IMG/VR virus record: IMGVR_UViG_3300030005_000139
Span: 1-38,337 of that record
Source: a virus
Lineage: Duplodnaviria; Caudoviricetes
Length of the DNA: 38,337 nt
Strand: one strand, 5' to 3'
This document shows positions 1 through 9,062 of this stretch, piece after piece (positions within the stretch are counted from its first letter, which is position 1; each line of letters opens with the position of its first letter). Both the position numbers and the translations under genes were made by a program. Under the pieces are notes generated by a model. That model was not told the origin of the DNA and made no database searches. It saw nothing but the letters and a program-made list of their open reading frames with translations.

Positions 1-1281
1 CTACTGCAGAACCTCCTGGCCCGCTCGATAAGCATAAGTTGGCGAACCGCTGACGTTAACGGTTCGCAGCCGCGCGTAGTAGCCAGCGGGTACATATCCA
101 GAAAGCTGAGCCGTCTGAGGCTGAACTCCCTGGATTGCAATGGCCAGGGTGTAGGTCTGACCAGTGCCGATAACGCCAACTGTCTGCACCCCTGTCGTGA
201 ATGCGGCGTCGGTGGCGATCTCCAAGATCACATCGCAACTCTGGCCGCCGGCGATGCTTGCGGTGATGGTGCATTGCACGCTGTAGTTCACCAGGGCGTC
301 TCGGGTTGAGCTGACCTGGAATATCGTATTTAGAGCTCGTGTCGCAGATGACTGGACCCTAGTAGTGCCAGCAGTCACACGCCCTTGCGCATCCGTGGAG
401 ACGCCCGAATAAGTCCCGGCCGCTCCAACGCTAGGCATGCTGATAGTGCCAGAGGTCGTAATTACACCTCCAGAAAGTCCTGTGCCGGCTGTGACGCTCG
501 TTACTGTTCCAGCGCCAGGCGCGTAGTTGGGAACATTCAGAACTCCTGTTGAACTGTTATATGTGGCCGCCCCGCTGGTTCCAGTGGTTGTCAGCGAGAT
601 GGACGATCGAGCCCCGGTCTGGGTTATGAACGACGAAGGGTTCGAGGCGCTGTAAGGCGTAAAGCCCAAGGCAGACGTGACCTGACCACTTGTAATGCCA
701 GTCAGAAACCCAGAAGGGTTGCCAGTGCGTGGATATGCATCAGTGATCCCGTAGCCGGCTAGCGTGGTTGGCTTATTCAGCACCTCGCTGACTCCGCTTG
801 CTGCCGACCAGTCACTGTTTATCTGAGCTGCAGGGATGCTTGGCAATCCAGAAAGATCCGCGTAAGCACCGGAGGTCGCCACAGAGGACAAGATTGGCTT
901 ATTCAGGATTTCTTCAGGGCCAGAGACGGCGAGCCAGTCTGAATTTACCTGGGCTCCAATGGATGGTTTATTGATCAGATCGTTGTAGTCACCACTGGTG
1001 GCCACTGCCGAGAAGTTCGGCTTATTCTGAACATAGGTCCAATCCGGGAAGCATACGAGCTGGTCATACAAAATCCCCATGCCCGGGCCCAGCTGCCATG
1101 TGACTGGAATGTTGGTGAACTCGCTTACACCAACAACACTGTTGACTCCAAGCGCAGGGATTGGGACTACACGTTCAAAAATTGCAGTCCCGGCAATATT
1201 TTGCTGTCTGATCAGCAAGTCAAAGGGCGCCCCAAAACATGCCGGAGCCACAAGGATAAGGGAGAAGATTATTCGCTTCAT
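1..1281 (-). CDS. Tail-fibre-repeat protein (426 aa) with signal-peptide-like N-terminus
   Basis: Repeated NKP..S.VATSG.Y.DL...PSI.AQ.NSDW units, KPTTLAGYGITDAY fibre motif, Thr/Ser/Gly-rich; AGGAG RBS; TAG stop at 1-3. Confidence 0.7.
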   Translation of the reverse strand: MKRIIFSLILVAPACFGAPFDLLIRQQNIAGTAIFERVVPIPALGVNSVVGVSEFTNIPVTWQLGPGMGILYDQLVCFPDWTYVQNKPNFSAVATSGDYNDLINKPSIGAQVNSDWLAVSGPEEILNKPILSSVATSGAYADLSGLPSIPAAQINSDWSAASGVSEVLNKPTTLAGYGITDAYPRTGNPSGFLTGITSGQVTSALGFTPYSASNPSSFITQTGARSSISLTTTGTSGAATYNSSTGVLNVPNYAPGAGTVTSVTAGTGLSGGVITTSGTISMPSVGAAGTYSGVSTDAQGRVTAGTTRVQSSATRALNTIFQVSSTRDALVNYSVQCTITASIAGGQSCDVILEIATDAAFTTGVQTVGVIGTGQTYTLAIAIQGVQPQTAQLSGYVPAGYYARLRTVNVSGSPTYAYRAGQEVLQ

Positions 1282-1288
1282 GGGGAAG

Positions 1289-1319
1289 TGCTCCTACGCT
1301 AGTGATTTGCATAGGAGCA
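1289..1319 (-). promoter_or_regulatory. Hairpin that sequesters the RBS of the 426-aa gene
   Basis: Minus strand TGCTCCTATGC-N9-GCGTAGGAGCA (11 bp, one G-U pair); AGGAG lies in the 3' arm, which ends 7 nt before the ATG. Confidence 0.55.
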
Positions 1320-1369
1320 GCTATGCATTTATATGATAGCGCGCACGGCCGTTTATGCGCGCCTTTTAA

Positions 1370-1741
1370 TCATGCAGGTTCTTTCGGCCATTCGATTAAG
1401 GATGGGTATCCCTCTTGACGGTCGACCCTATCTACAGACACACGATACTCCTTCCAAAGCTTCAGAAGATTGACATCCTCCTGCGTTGATGAGCCAAGGT
1501 CTACAGCATCTTGTAGAGGCGCTACCCGAAGAGCTGCCTGTGCAAGAAGCTGATCCTTTCGAGCCTCTACACGACGCTTTTCATCTTCGGGAGTAATAGC
1601 GTTTGCTGCGTTTTGAATCTCCTTTGATAAAGATTGCGCCTCTTCCTCCCCGATCATTTCACAGCCTGGCGGAAGCAAATATTCGAACTCTTCAGAGTCA
1701 AGCCAGTGAAGTGCCCGTTCTGGACTTTTATAATGTGGCAT
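1370..1741 (-). CDS. Tail fibre assembly chaperone (Tfa-like)
   Basis: C-terminal APLQDAVDLG...LKLWKEYRV..DRVD...WPKEP motif; directly downstream of the fibre gene. Confidence 0.88.
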   Translation of the reverse strand: MPHYKSPERALHWLDSEEFEYLLPPGCEMIGEEEAQSLSKEIQNAANAITPEDEKRRVEARKDQLLAQAALRVAPLQDAVDLGSSTQEDVNLLKLWKEYRVSVDRVDRQEGYPSLIEWPKEPA

Positions 1742-1752
1742 TTGGTATCCCC

Positions 1753-2967
1753 TTATCGCAGCTCGGACCAGTTACTGATCGGTTGGGCGCCCGAAATAGT
1801 TGCAACATAGGTCCCGCCAGGCGGAACAACTGCTGCGGCGCTTTGGTTTGTTTGCTGAGAGCTACCATTGCCGACAATGGCCACTGTCACACCATTAACT
1901 GCGAGAGTTACCGATCCGTTTGTACCGGCGCCACTTTGCACGACAGCGATGTAGATCGGTTTACCGGTGGTGTTGGTATAGGTAGTCCCGGATACACGGC
2001 TTCCGGTAACGCTTTGCCAGGTCTGCCCATAGCCGAGACTTGCCATGGCGGCCAAGGCTTGACCGCCAGAACCCTGCACGGTAGTGGGCGCCGTGGACCA
2101 CACGCCAGCAGTGGCTTGAGTCGCATCCAGGAAGCCAACAACTCGGAACGGCACGCTGGACCGAGAAATTGTCGAGTACACAACGTTCGCCGCGGTAGAT
2201 GCAGCGCTGATTGCCACGGTGCTGATCAACGTGGTTTCGTCCAGGTTTACGCCGCCGGCCAAGTTAACAAGGGCAAGCTCTACGTTCACCGGACCATAAA
2301 TAGCCAAGATCACAATACGGGCCGCCGTAGCATTCGTGGTACCGAGCGTGGCACCGCTTGGAGCGACAACAGAAATGGTCGAGGACACATTACGGGTGTT
2401 GACGGCACCGCTGCTTAACGTTGTAGCTCTGAAGTCGATAGTGCATGGCGCAAGAGAAGCAGTAAGCGCGCTCACTGCAACCGAGGCGGTCACTGTTCGA
2501 ATCTGCGGCGCCACACCAGAAGCCTTTTTCTGGATCTCCAGCCATCCATTCGCTGCATCGTAGATCAGGTATACGCGCCCCGAAATCTCGCCGGAAAGTG
2601 GGTCAACCCCTCCTGGATATTTCAGGTTTTTTACACCAAGACCCTGGAAGTTGGCAGTAGCAGGGCCAGTATTTGGGTGGGTTGTAACAAAGCCAAATTG
2701 AACTCCGTCCATATAGGACGTTGGAACATTGGTGTTCGTTTTAGGAACAAGGACATATGCGTCAGCCGCTGAACCCGCGTCCTCGTTGTAGTAAAAGGTG
2801 CCATTACTCACCTGATTTTGAGTCGCTTGCGGGTAGCCTCCAGGCGTAATTCCATCTTGGACCACGACCGTGTGCTTATCGGTGTCTACGACGATCTCGC
2901 CCTGGGCGCCTGTGAACAACAGACACTCAGCGGTAGTGCCTCTGCGGAGCTGGTATTGAGTAGCCAT
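1753..2967 (-). CDS. Tail fibre/receptor-binding protein with Mtd_N-like N-terminal domain
   Basis: N-terminus QLRRGTTAE..FTGAQGEIVVDTDKHTVVVQDGITPGGYP resembles the Bordetella BPP-1 Mtd N-terminus; C-terminal GQTWQSVTGSR..GTTYTNTTGKPI fibre-tip motif; followed by Tfa. Confidence 0.85.
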   Translation of the reverse strand: MATQYQLRRGTTAECLLFTGAQGEIVVDTDKHTVVVQDGITPGGYPQATQNQVSNGTFYYNEDAGSAADAYVLVPKTNTNVPTSYMDGVQFGFVTTHPNTGPATANFQGLGVKNLKYPGGVDPLSGEISGRVYLIYDAANGWLEIQKKASGVAPQIRTVTASVAVSALTASLAPCTIDFRATTLSSGAVNTRNVSSTISVVAPSGATLGTTNATAARIVILAIYGPVNVELALVNLAGGVNLDETTLISTVAISAASTAANVVYSTISRSSVPFRVVGFLDATQATAGVWSTAPTTVQGSGGQALAAMASLGYGQTWQSVTGSRVSGTTYTNTTGKPIYIAVVQSGAGTNGSVTLAVNGVTVAIVGNGSSQQTNQSAAAVVPPGGTYVATISGAQPISNWSELR

Positions 2968-3527
2968 TATGTCAAACCTCCTAAGTCTACAGTTCCGCTT
3001 CCTGCTGCGAGATCGAAGCGCTCAGCCGGGATGTTTTCGATATTGAAAGGGGATACAGAGATGCCCCCAAAGTCAGAAGAAACAGGATGCAGCGCAAAGT
3101 AGGCTGTCCCAGTCGTGTTGGGGTCGAATAGATTGCTGTTGATGAACCGGTTGGTGAGATTGATGCTTAATGGAACAAGCTGCGTCCTAACGATCGTGGT
3201 TGGCCTGATACCGGCGATCAGCGATGGCGCGTAATAGACTTGAGCGCCCATGTTGTCCAAAACCTTAATGCAGTACTCGCCACTAACTTGTAGCTGAACT
3301 GGAGATCCATTAAGCATTGGAACGCCGCCTGCCCCAGTTTTGATCGGCTGGGCAATAGGAACGGAAGAACCATTCTCTTGGAATGCCAAAACCTGCAGCC
3401 GATTAGAGGCAATTTGTGGATCCGTATCCGGACGACCAACATAGATCGACCCATTGAAAACGGGTCTCCCTCTTGTAGGGTCCGGGTAATAGTCGTACGG
3501 TTGCCGTACTTCGTTCTCGTCTGCCAT
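2967..3527 (-). CDS. Stand-alone P22 tailspike head-binding-domain protein (fibre adaptor)
   Basis: GRPVFNGSIYVGRPDTDP...ENGSSVPIAQPIKTGAGGVPMLNG...Y.IKVLD..GAQVYY matches the P22 gp9 head-binding domain; only 186 aa; TAATG overlap with the next gene. Confidence 0.85.
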   Translation of the reverse strand: MADENEVRQPYDYYPDPTRGRPVFNGSIYVGRPDTDPQIASNRLQVLAFQENGSSVPIAQPIKTGAGGVPMLNGSPVQLQVSGEYCIKVLDNMGAQVYYAPSLIAGIRPTTIVRTQLVPLSINLTNRFINSNLFDPNTTGTAYFALHPVSSDFGGISVSPFNIENIPAERFDLAAGSGTVDLGGLT

Positions 3528-3592
3528 CGCGGCTCACCATTTTGATTTGGTTTGAGGTGAATTAATGTCCCTAATAACCGGCGTCCTTGTAT

Positions 3593-5719
3593 TTATTGCA
3601 TTTGTCCTTCTTCAGGATCTTGAGCGCGCGCAGATTGAACGCCGGCGTTCAAATCGCGAGCGAGCCGCAGAGCAAGATCTCGACTTGCAGTAGAGCGAGG
3701 GGCATTCCCAATTCGGATAAGGGCGTTTCGTACCGCTGCGCTTTCATAGGCTCTGGCAGCCCCGCCAATGCCGCCGCCCGCCGCTATCATTCCTCCAAGA
3801 CTCCCGATCACCGACCCAAGGGTTGCGGCCAAAACTGTTACAGATGACTCCTGGCCAGTGTTTGTGAGCCCGGTCTGGCCAGCTCTGCGAGTGGCGCGCA
3901 GCACTTGCTCAAGCCCTCTCAGCTGGGCGCGCTCTTGTCCTCTGAACACGATCCCTGATTGAGCTTGCAGTTTTCGCATATTGTTTGCGAAGCGGTCCGG
4001 CGAAATATCATCGAGGCCGCCAGATTCTCGGATCGCTTTCTGAATGAGTGTTGCCCTGGCAGCTTCTCGCCCACTGGTATCAAGGTTGTTATAGAGCTGT
4101 CTAACCTCGCTTGCCTTTCTGCTAAACAGCAAATTCTCAGCCACCTCAGGGGTCAAGTCCCCCTTATCGAGAACGCTTTTAAGTCGCGTGTTTTGTAGAA
4201 GGTCAGATTCACGCGCCCAAATAGCATTTGCCTGGTTCAGCCTATTAGCGTCTCTGGGCGACATGTTTGCCCTAGCAAACTCGCGCATATCCTCCGTCAT
4301 TGACGAGCGGACGCTGGTCAACAAAGACTTGGCTCGCGTTGACATCTGGCTTCTTAGTGGGCTGTCGAATGCGTCAATTATTTCCTTAAGCGCCGTCCTG
4401 TTCTCTCTCAATGACCCATAGTTTTGGGGGGCCTCCGCAAGGGTGTTGGCGAACTGACGAAGCTCAGCAACAGCCTCGGGGCTACCTACGACGCCCGGCC
4501 GCTCAAGCTCACGGATTGCGTTCTGGATAGATTGCTCAGTGCGGGCATAAGGGGCATCGCCGATAGAATTCAGTTGCGCCTCGTAAGCCTGAAGGCGATC
4601 ACCTGCCGCACGACGAATTTCTCCAGTCCTAGATCTAAGGCTGTCAATTATCTGATTTGGCGATGGCGTCGGATAGCGATCGCCAAGTTGCCGAATTGCT
4701 GCTGCTCTGGCTTCCTGCTGAGTGGCGCGCATACCCCCGGTACCGGCGAATGGAATCCGTTCGCCGGTACGCTGGGCAAGTTGCCCGATCGGAGTCCTAG
4801 GCGGCGCAATATCGCTGGTCATCAACGGGATGTTGTTGGCGTTCGCAGCCTGGACGATTGGGGCGGCGCCACCCGCCTCCCCGCGGATAGCCGCGACACC
4901 ACGTCGAGCAAGATCTGCACCAGCCCCAACCGCCCCTGCAATCGCCGGAACAGCTGCGCCAGTTGCTCCAGCCAGGGCGATATCACCTGTGTTGAACTCA
5001 CCCCCAGCAGCTTGCTGGCCACCTTCAATCGCGGCCTGAGTTAGCGCAGAGGTAGCGCCCAGGGTTGCAGCCTGGCGGGCAATACCGCCCCCTACCAAAG
5101 CAGCAGCGCGTCCAGTCGGCGCAAATGCAGCGCCAAGTGCACCGCCTTGCAGAGCATCAAGTCCAGAGACGCCTGGCTTATTGATAACCGCCCGGGCACC
5201 GGTGGCATTGTTCGCTGCGATCAGGTTCCCCTTCTCGTCCTGCTGGATGCCAATATCTGGTGACAGCGACGTGAGCGTCTGCGCAATCTCCTTGGGGTCA
5301 GTCATGGTGATCAGGGCGGCAGTGATAGCTGCTCGCTTGGCCGGCGGGATATCAAGACCAGCAAGCAACCCAGAATTCTGCAGCTCTGGGAGTTCTTGGG
5401 TCGCGCGGGTTTGCCTATCACTGCCGGTGATCATGGTCCCGAGCTTATCCAGAACACCAGGTTCCTCAGCCGGCGCTGGCTGGCCAGTTGGGTATTGGTC
5501 CATCGCCGCCATGGCCCGGGCGGCTCTAGGGTCTGGATCTTCAGCAGGAGGCAACGCCGCACCTTGCTGAGACTGAGCCTCCTGCGCCTGAGATTTTGGC
5601 TGCTGACCATAAAGCTTCTTGGCCTGCTCAATGACCTGCTCTTGGCTCGCGCCGGCTGGACCTTCCAGGGTGATGATCTGGCCGTCTGGCGCTTCAACTT
5701 TGTAGGTTTGAGTGGCCAT
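3593..5719 (-). CDS. DNA ejection/transfer protein (P22 gp16 position)
   Basis: 708 aa, Ala/Gly-rich hydrophobic stretches plus helical regions; last gene of the ejection cluster. Confidence 0.75.
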   Translation of the reverse strand: MATQTYKVEAPDGQIITLEGPAGASQEQVIEQAKKLYGQQPKSQAQEAQSQQGAALPPAEDPDPRAARAMAAMDQYPTGQPAPAEEPGVLDKLGTMITGSDRQTRATQELPELQNSGLLAGLDIPPAKRAAITAALITMTDPKEIAQTLTSLSPDIGIQQDEKGNLIAANNATGARAVINKPGVSGLDALQGGALGAAFAPTGRAAALVGGGIARQAATLGATSALTQAAIEGGQQAAGGEFNTGDIALAGATGAAVPAIAGAVGAGADLARRGVAAIRGEAGGAAPIVQAANANNIPLMTSDIAPPRTPIGQLAQRTGERIPFAGTGGMRATQQEARAAAIRQLGDRYPTPSPNQIIDSLRSRTGEIRRAAGDRLQAYEAQLNSIGDAPYARTEQSIQNAIRELERPGVVGSPEAVAELRQFANTLAEAPQNYGSLRENRTALKEIIDAFDSPLRSQMSTRAKSLLTSVRSSMTEDMREFARANMSPRDANRLNQANAIWARESDLLQNTRLKSVLDKGDLTPEVAENLLFSRKASEVRQLYNNLDTSGREAARATLIQKAIRESGGLDDISPDRFANNMRKLQAQSGIVFRGQERAQLRGLEQVLRATRRAGQTGLTNTGQESSVTVLAATLGSVIGSLGGMIAAGGGIGGAARAYESAAVRNALIRIGNAPRSTASRDLALRLARDLNAGVQSARAQDPEEGQMQ

Positions 5720-7032
5720 TAGGGAACGATCCTCCAGCCACCGGCTGCTGGGGCTTGGGGCGCTGCTGGTTGTGGTGCAGCTGCTGGCTTGCGTGGCTGC
5801 TGGGTTCCAGCCTTGCCTTGCTCTTTCCAGGCCTGAAGCATGCCGCGCTCGCTGCCGGTATCGGAAATATAGTCAGCCTTGAAGTTATGGAAGTCGGCAT
5901 TGATCTGCGCCAGCTTGGCCTGACCTCGTAGATAGCTTGCCAGCAACTTCTTATTGGCGTTGTCGGATGGGATCGGGCCAAGCGCTAGCGCCACATCAGC
6001 ATCAGAGGCAGAGCCTGGTGGAAGGTTGGCCGATGCCTGCGAGGCACGCGCTTGGGCAAACTCTTTGCGCAGCTCGGTAACAGAGTCTTGGTTGCCGGTG
6101 ATTTCCTTGACCTTTTCAGCCCAAGATCCGCCCAATAAGCCGCCGCGCAGATCCGATTTCTCAATGTCATTTGCGAGGTTGTTGTATTTGCCGATGCTGT
6201 TTTCTGCGGCGACAGCGGAGTCGATCGTTTTGGCTAGGCGCGTCTGCACGCCCGGCGCCAACTCGCGCCCTTCCTTGCTGACAAAGCCAGATGCCTGCCC
6301 AAAGGCCTTGGCGGCCTCGGGATCGGTCTTGGCAAGCTCTTGATACTGCTCGAAGTCCTTCTGGTGTGCTGTCCTCTTATCGCTGGCACTAGAGCCAGCA
6401 GTAGCGGCGGCGCGGGCATAGGCGCGCTGGTTACGGCCCGCTTCTGCGCGATCAAAGCGCTGGTCCTCGCGTTCCATTTTCATCTGCTCAAGCTGGGCTT
6501 TCTGCTCAGCCCTGTGCTTGTCGGCCACAACCGAATATCCCTTCGGGTCGCCTGCAGCCCAATCAAGCTCGATTCCCTGCAACGCACGGTTAGGGTCTTG
6601 CTGATAGGCCTGGTAGGCCCGGGCCGTGTGAGCCGGGTCGCGCCCCTGGTCCTGCAGTGTTTGGATGCGGTTTTGAAAGATGGCTTCACGCTGATCAGGG
6701 GAAGCCATCAGAAGATCCCGAGCGAACCCGGCAGCCTCCTTCACCTTTCGCTCATCGTTCAGGCCGACGACCTGGTGCAGGTTCTGTGCGATCTCTGGAT
6801 ATTGGAGCGAGACCTTGGCCATCGCGTCTGGATCGCCGCTCTGATAAGCCTGCTGGGCGGCGGAAGATGCTTCTTGCTGACGCTGCTTCTGCTCGTCCTC
6901 TGCCCTCTGCCGGCGCTCCTGCTCAGCCGCAACCACTCGCCCCTGGCGAATGTTGGCCAGGGTTCCGCTGAGGCCAGAAAGCCCCGAGCTGAAGTCGTTG
7001 CCTGGATCGACGTAGAACGGATTGGTAGCCAT
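5719..7032 (-). CDS. DNA ejection/transfer protein (P22 gp20 position)
   Basis: 437 aa, Gln/Ala/Glu-rich coiled coil; synteny; TAATG coupling to the next gene. Confidence 0.75.
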   Translation of the reverse strand: MATNPFYVDPGNDFSSGLSGLSGTLANIRQGRVVAAEQERRQRAEDEQKQRQQEASSAAQQAYQSGDPDAMAKVSLQYPEIAQNLHQVVGLNDERKVKEAAGFARDLLMASPDQREAIFQNRIQTLQDQGRDPAHTARAYQAYQQDPNRALQGIELDWAAGDPKGYSVVADKHRAEQKAQLEQMKMEREDQRFDRAEAGRNQRAYARAAATAGSSASDKRTAHQKDFEQYQELAKTDPEAAKAFGQASGFVSKEGRELAPGVQTRLAKTIDSAVAAENSIGKYNNLANDIEKSDLRGGLLGGSWAEKVKEITGNQDSVTELRKEFAQARASQASANLPPGSASDADVALALGPIPSDNANKKLLASYLRGQAKLAQINADFHNFKADYISDTGSERGMLQAWKEQGKAGTQQPRKPAAAPQPAAPQAPAAGGWRIVP

Positions 7033-7035
7033 AAT

Positions 7036-7716
7036 TTAGTCCCAGAGCCCTGTCCAGCCGCCGATGTCGCGAGCCGCGAGACCGCCAGTCAATTCGCTTT
7101 TGATGAGGCCGCCGACGGAGGTCAACGACTTACGGTTACCGTGCTGCCACTGATAGCTCTCGTTTCCGAGGCCGGCGCCGATGATCGCGCCGATTGGGCC
7201 GCCGACAGAGAAGCCGCCCGCCGCACCCTGCCCGGCTGCCGCCGCCGACCCCATGAAGCTACCGCGGTCACGCCCTTCGACGCCCTGAGGGGTCTGCATG
7301 CCCTGGGTAATGCCATATGCATCTTTGGCCATGTTCAGGCCGCCGAACGCCGAGCCAATAGTGCTTCCAAGTCCCGAGCCTGCCGCACCTGCCGAACCAG
7401 CCTCAGTACCTCCCGCTACAGCAGACTGGCCAGCACCTGCGCCCCCTGCATATGTTGAGTTACCAAGCTCTCCGGCTTGTAGGGACTGGCCAACCCCATA
7501 ACCAGTCCCCCCGATCTGGCTACTACCGGCTGCTCCGGCGCCCTTCATGCCATTGTAGACAGTGCCAAGACCTTTCAAAGCTTTGGCTAGCTGCATGGCA
7601 TTCGGGTTCTGCGCAGAGCCACCTGCATTCATTGGCTGGCGCGTCTGGAACGGCTGGTATTGATCACGCTGCCGCTGTTGGTTCTGTTGGGTAACTGGCG
7701 TGTACTCAAAGGCCAT
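7036..7716 (-). CDS. Gly-rich putative additional ejection protein with glycine zipper
   Basis: 226 aa; GGPIGAIIGAGLG and other GxxxG stretches; located inside the ejection cluster. Confidence 0.6.
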   Translation of the reverse strand: MAFEYTPVTQQNQQRQRDQYQPFQTRQPMNAGGSAQNPNAMQLAKALKGLGTVYNGMKGAGAAGSSQIGGTGYGVGQSLQAGELGNSTYAGGAGAGQSAVAGGTEAGSAGAAGSGLGSTIGSAFGGLNMAKDAYGITQGMQTPQGVEGRDRGSFMGSAAAAGQGAAGGFSVGGPIGAIIGAGLGNESYQWQHGNRKSLTSVGGLIKSELTGGLAARDIGGWTGLWD

Positions 7717-8491
7717 GAGGAGTCACTCCAATTGCTTGGTAGTCGACACACTTGAAGCCATTACGCTCGGTGACAGCATGCGGATGCGTAAGCTCGACTT
7801 CTTGGGCGATGACGCCAGTTGAACGACCAATGAGCCCTAGAACCGCCGCTGCTTCATTCCACACCCAGCTATATACGTTGTGCCCGTTCTTCTGGCCGCG
7901 CAGCTTGATGTTCTTCTTCAGTCGCTGATCAGAATAAGTGCTGTATGAGTTGTAACCTTCCAGAGCCAGCGCACCGGCCCCCAGCGCGTTATTAACGTTG
8001 CTCTGCCCTGCAGCTGCCGAAGATTGAGCACCGCCGATAATTCCCTGAGCCAAGGTCTGCCCGACACCTGCTTGTGCGCTTGCGATGTTGTTGGCGTTCG
8101 ATGGGAGTTGGGCCATACCTTGGAGCCCGGACAGCTGGTTGGCATAGGAGGACATCAGAGCGTTCTGGTTGACCGCCGCAAGATTCTCATTGGTAGTGCC
8201 AGACCGCAGGCCGCCAGTAGCGGAGGCATTGCGCAGGACGCCTTCCTCGCCGCGTTTGATTGCGGTCTGATAGAACGGGCTGGCCTCGGCCCGTTGGATG
8301 ATCGACATGCCATCGCCACCATAAACGCCGTTGGAGTCAAACCCATATTCGGCACCAAGACCTTGCAATGCACCCTCACGGTAAGCCTGGGGCAAACGCT
8401 CAGTTTGCTTGAGGTAGTCCAGCGCTTCACGCTGGGCCTGTGCTTGTACTTCTGCAGCATCTTCTGCAGCGCCGCTATCACCACCGCTCAT
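7706..8491 (-). CDS. P22 gp7-like DNA ejection protein with C-terminal peptidase S74-like chaperone domain
   Basis: SPFYQ....GEEGVLRNASATGGLRSG gp7-like motif; C-terminal SDQRLKKNI...GVIAQEVE...VDY. Confidence 0.8.
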   Translation of the reverse strand: MSGGDSGAAEDAAEVQAQAQREALDYLKQTERLPQAYREGALQGLGAEYGFDSNGVYGGDGMSIIQRAEASPFYQTAIKRGEEGVLRNASATGGLRSGTTNENLAAVNQNALMSSYANQLSGLQGMAQLPSNANNIASAQAGVGQTLAQGIIGGAQSSAAAGQSNVNNALGAGALALEGYNSYSTYSDQRLKKNIKLRGQKNGHNVYSWVWNEAAAVLGLIGRSTGVIAQEVELTHPHAVTERNGFKCVDYQAIGVTPHGL

Positions 8492-8826
8492 GGCCTATAC
8501 CTCGCGTAAACTTTCAAATATTCATGATCGATAACGTGCTCGAAGCCACATTTCTCCATGAGCCGTGCCACGCTGCGCCGCTTAATACTGCCCATCACCA
8601 CCTGGCACCACGGCATAAGGCTGAAAATCAGTTCGACAAGCTCAGAAGTTGCTTCCTTCAGGCGTCTTAGTGATTCCGGCTTTGCCGAAAAATGGCAGAA
8701 GATCGCGTTCTCCCTTCTGGTCATGGACACATAGACCTCAGCATCCAGCCAGCGCCAAACCTGGTGGTCGGGCTCCCAGTACAGGTCGCCCATGTCCTCG
8801 CAGAGGAAGGCCTGGCGGTACATCAC
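8488..8826 (-). CDS. P22 gp14-position small protein, GNAT-like
   Basis: 112 aa; SVARLMEKCGFEHV C-terminal GNAT-like motif; ATGA overlaps on both sides. Confidence 0.6.
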   Translation of the reverse strand: MMYRQAFLCEDMGDLYWEPDHQVWRWLDAEVYVSMTRRENAIFCHFSAKPESLRRLKEATSELVELIFSLMPWCQVVMGSIKRRSVARLMEKCGFEHVIDHEYLKVYARYRP

Positions 8827-9062
8827 ACAGCAACCCAGCCAGTGCGCGAGCCAATTACCGGATTCACATAAAGCTGCGTGGTCGACGTATCCAGGTATTG
8901 GCGCGTCCGGTTTGCCGGCTGCACCCCTTCTGGGCTGCCAGACCCGACCAGCATGTAATCCGCACCGCGAGAGATGTAGTCGCTAACCATCGCGTCAGGC
9001 CATCCCGTGAAACCCATCACGTCAGATGCCGAAAGATCTAAAGAAAGATTGTTGTTAGCCAA
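8823..9062 (-). CDS. Short tail needle/plug protein (gp26 position, about 79 aa)
   Basis: Probable TTG start overlapping the end of gp10; GSGSPEG...Y.D....LY......TGW motif seen in phage tail proteins. Confidence 0.55.
   Translation of the reverse strand: MANNNLSLDLSASDVMGFTGWPDAMVSDYISRGADYMLVGSGSPEGVQPANRTRQYLDTSTTQLYVNPVIGSRTGWVAV

Noticed and set aside
1-3527. Tail fibre genes as remote DGR targets
   Set aside because: By eye, no CAGCGCTCCGCC or CGCGTCCGCCCCGTCCGC anchor on either strand and no YWSS/RVRPVR motif in the proteins
6340-7458. 372-aa plus-strand ORF and similar long antisense ORFs (1603-2418, 12168-12839, 14979-15815, 33511-34161, 35923-36693)
   Set aside because: Shadows of well supported opposite-strand genes in GC-rich DNA; no recognisable motifs
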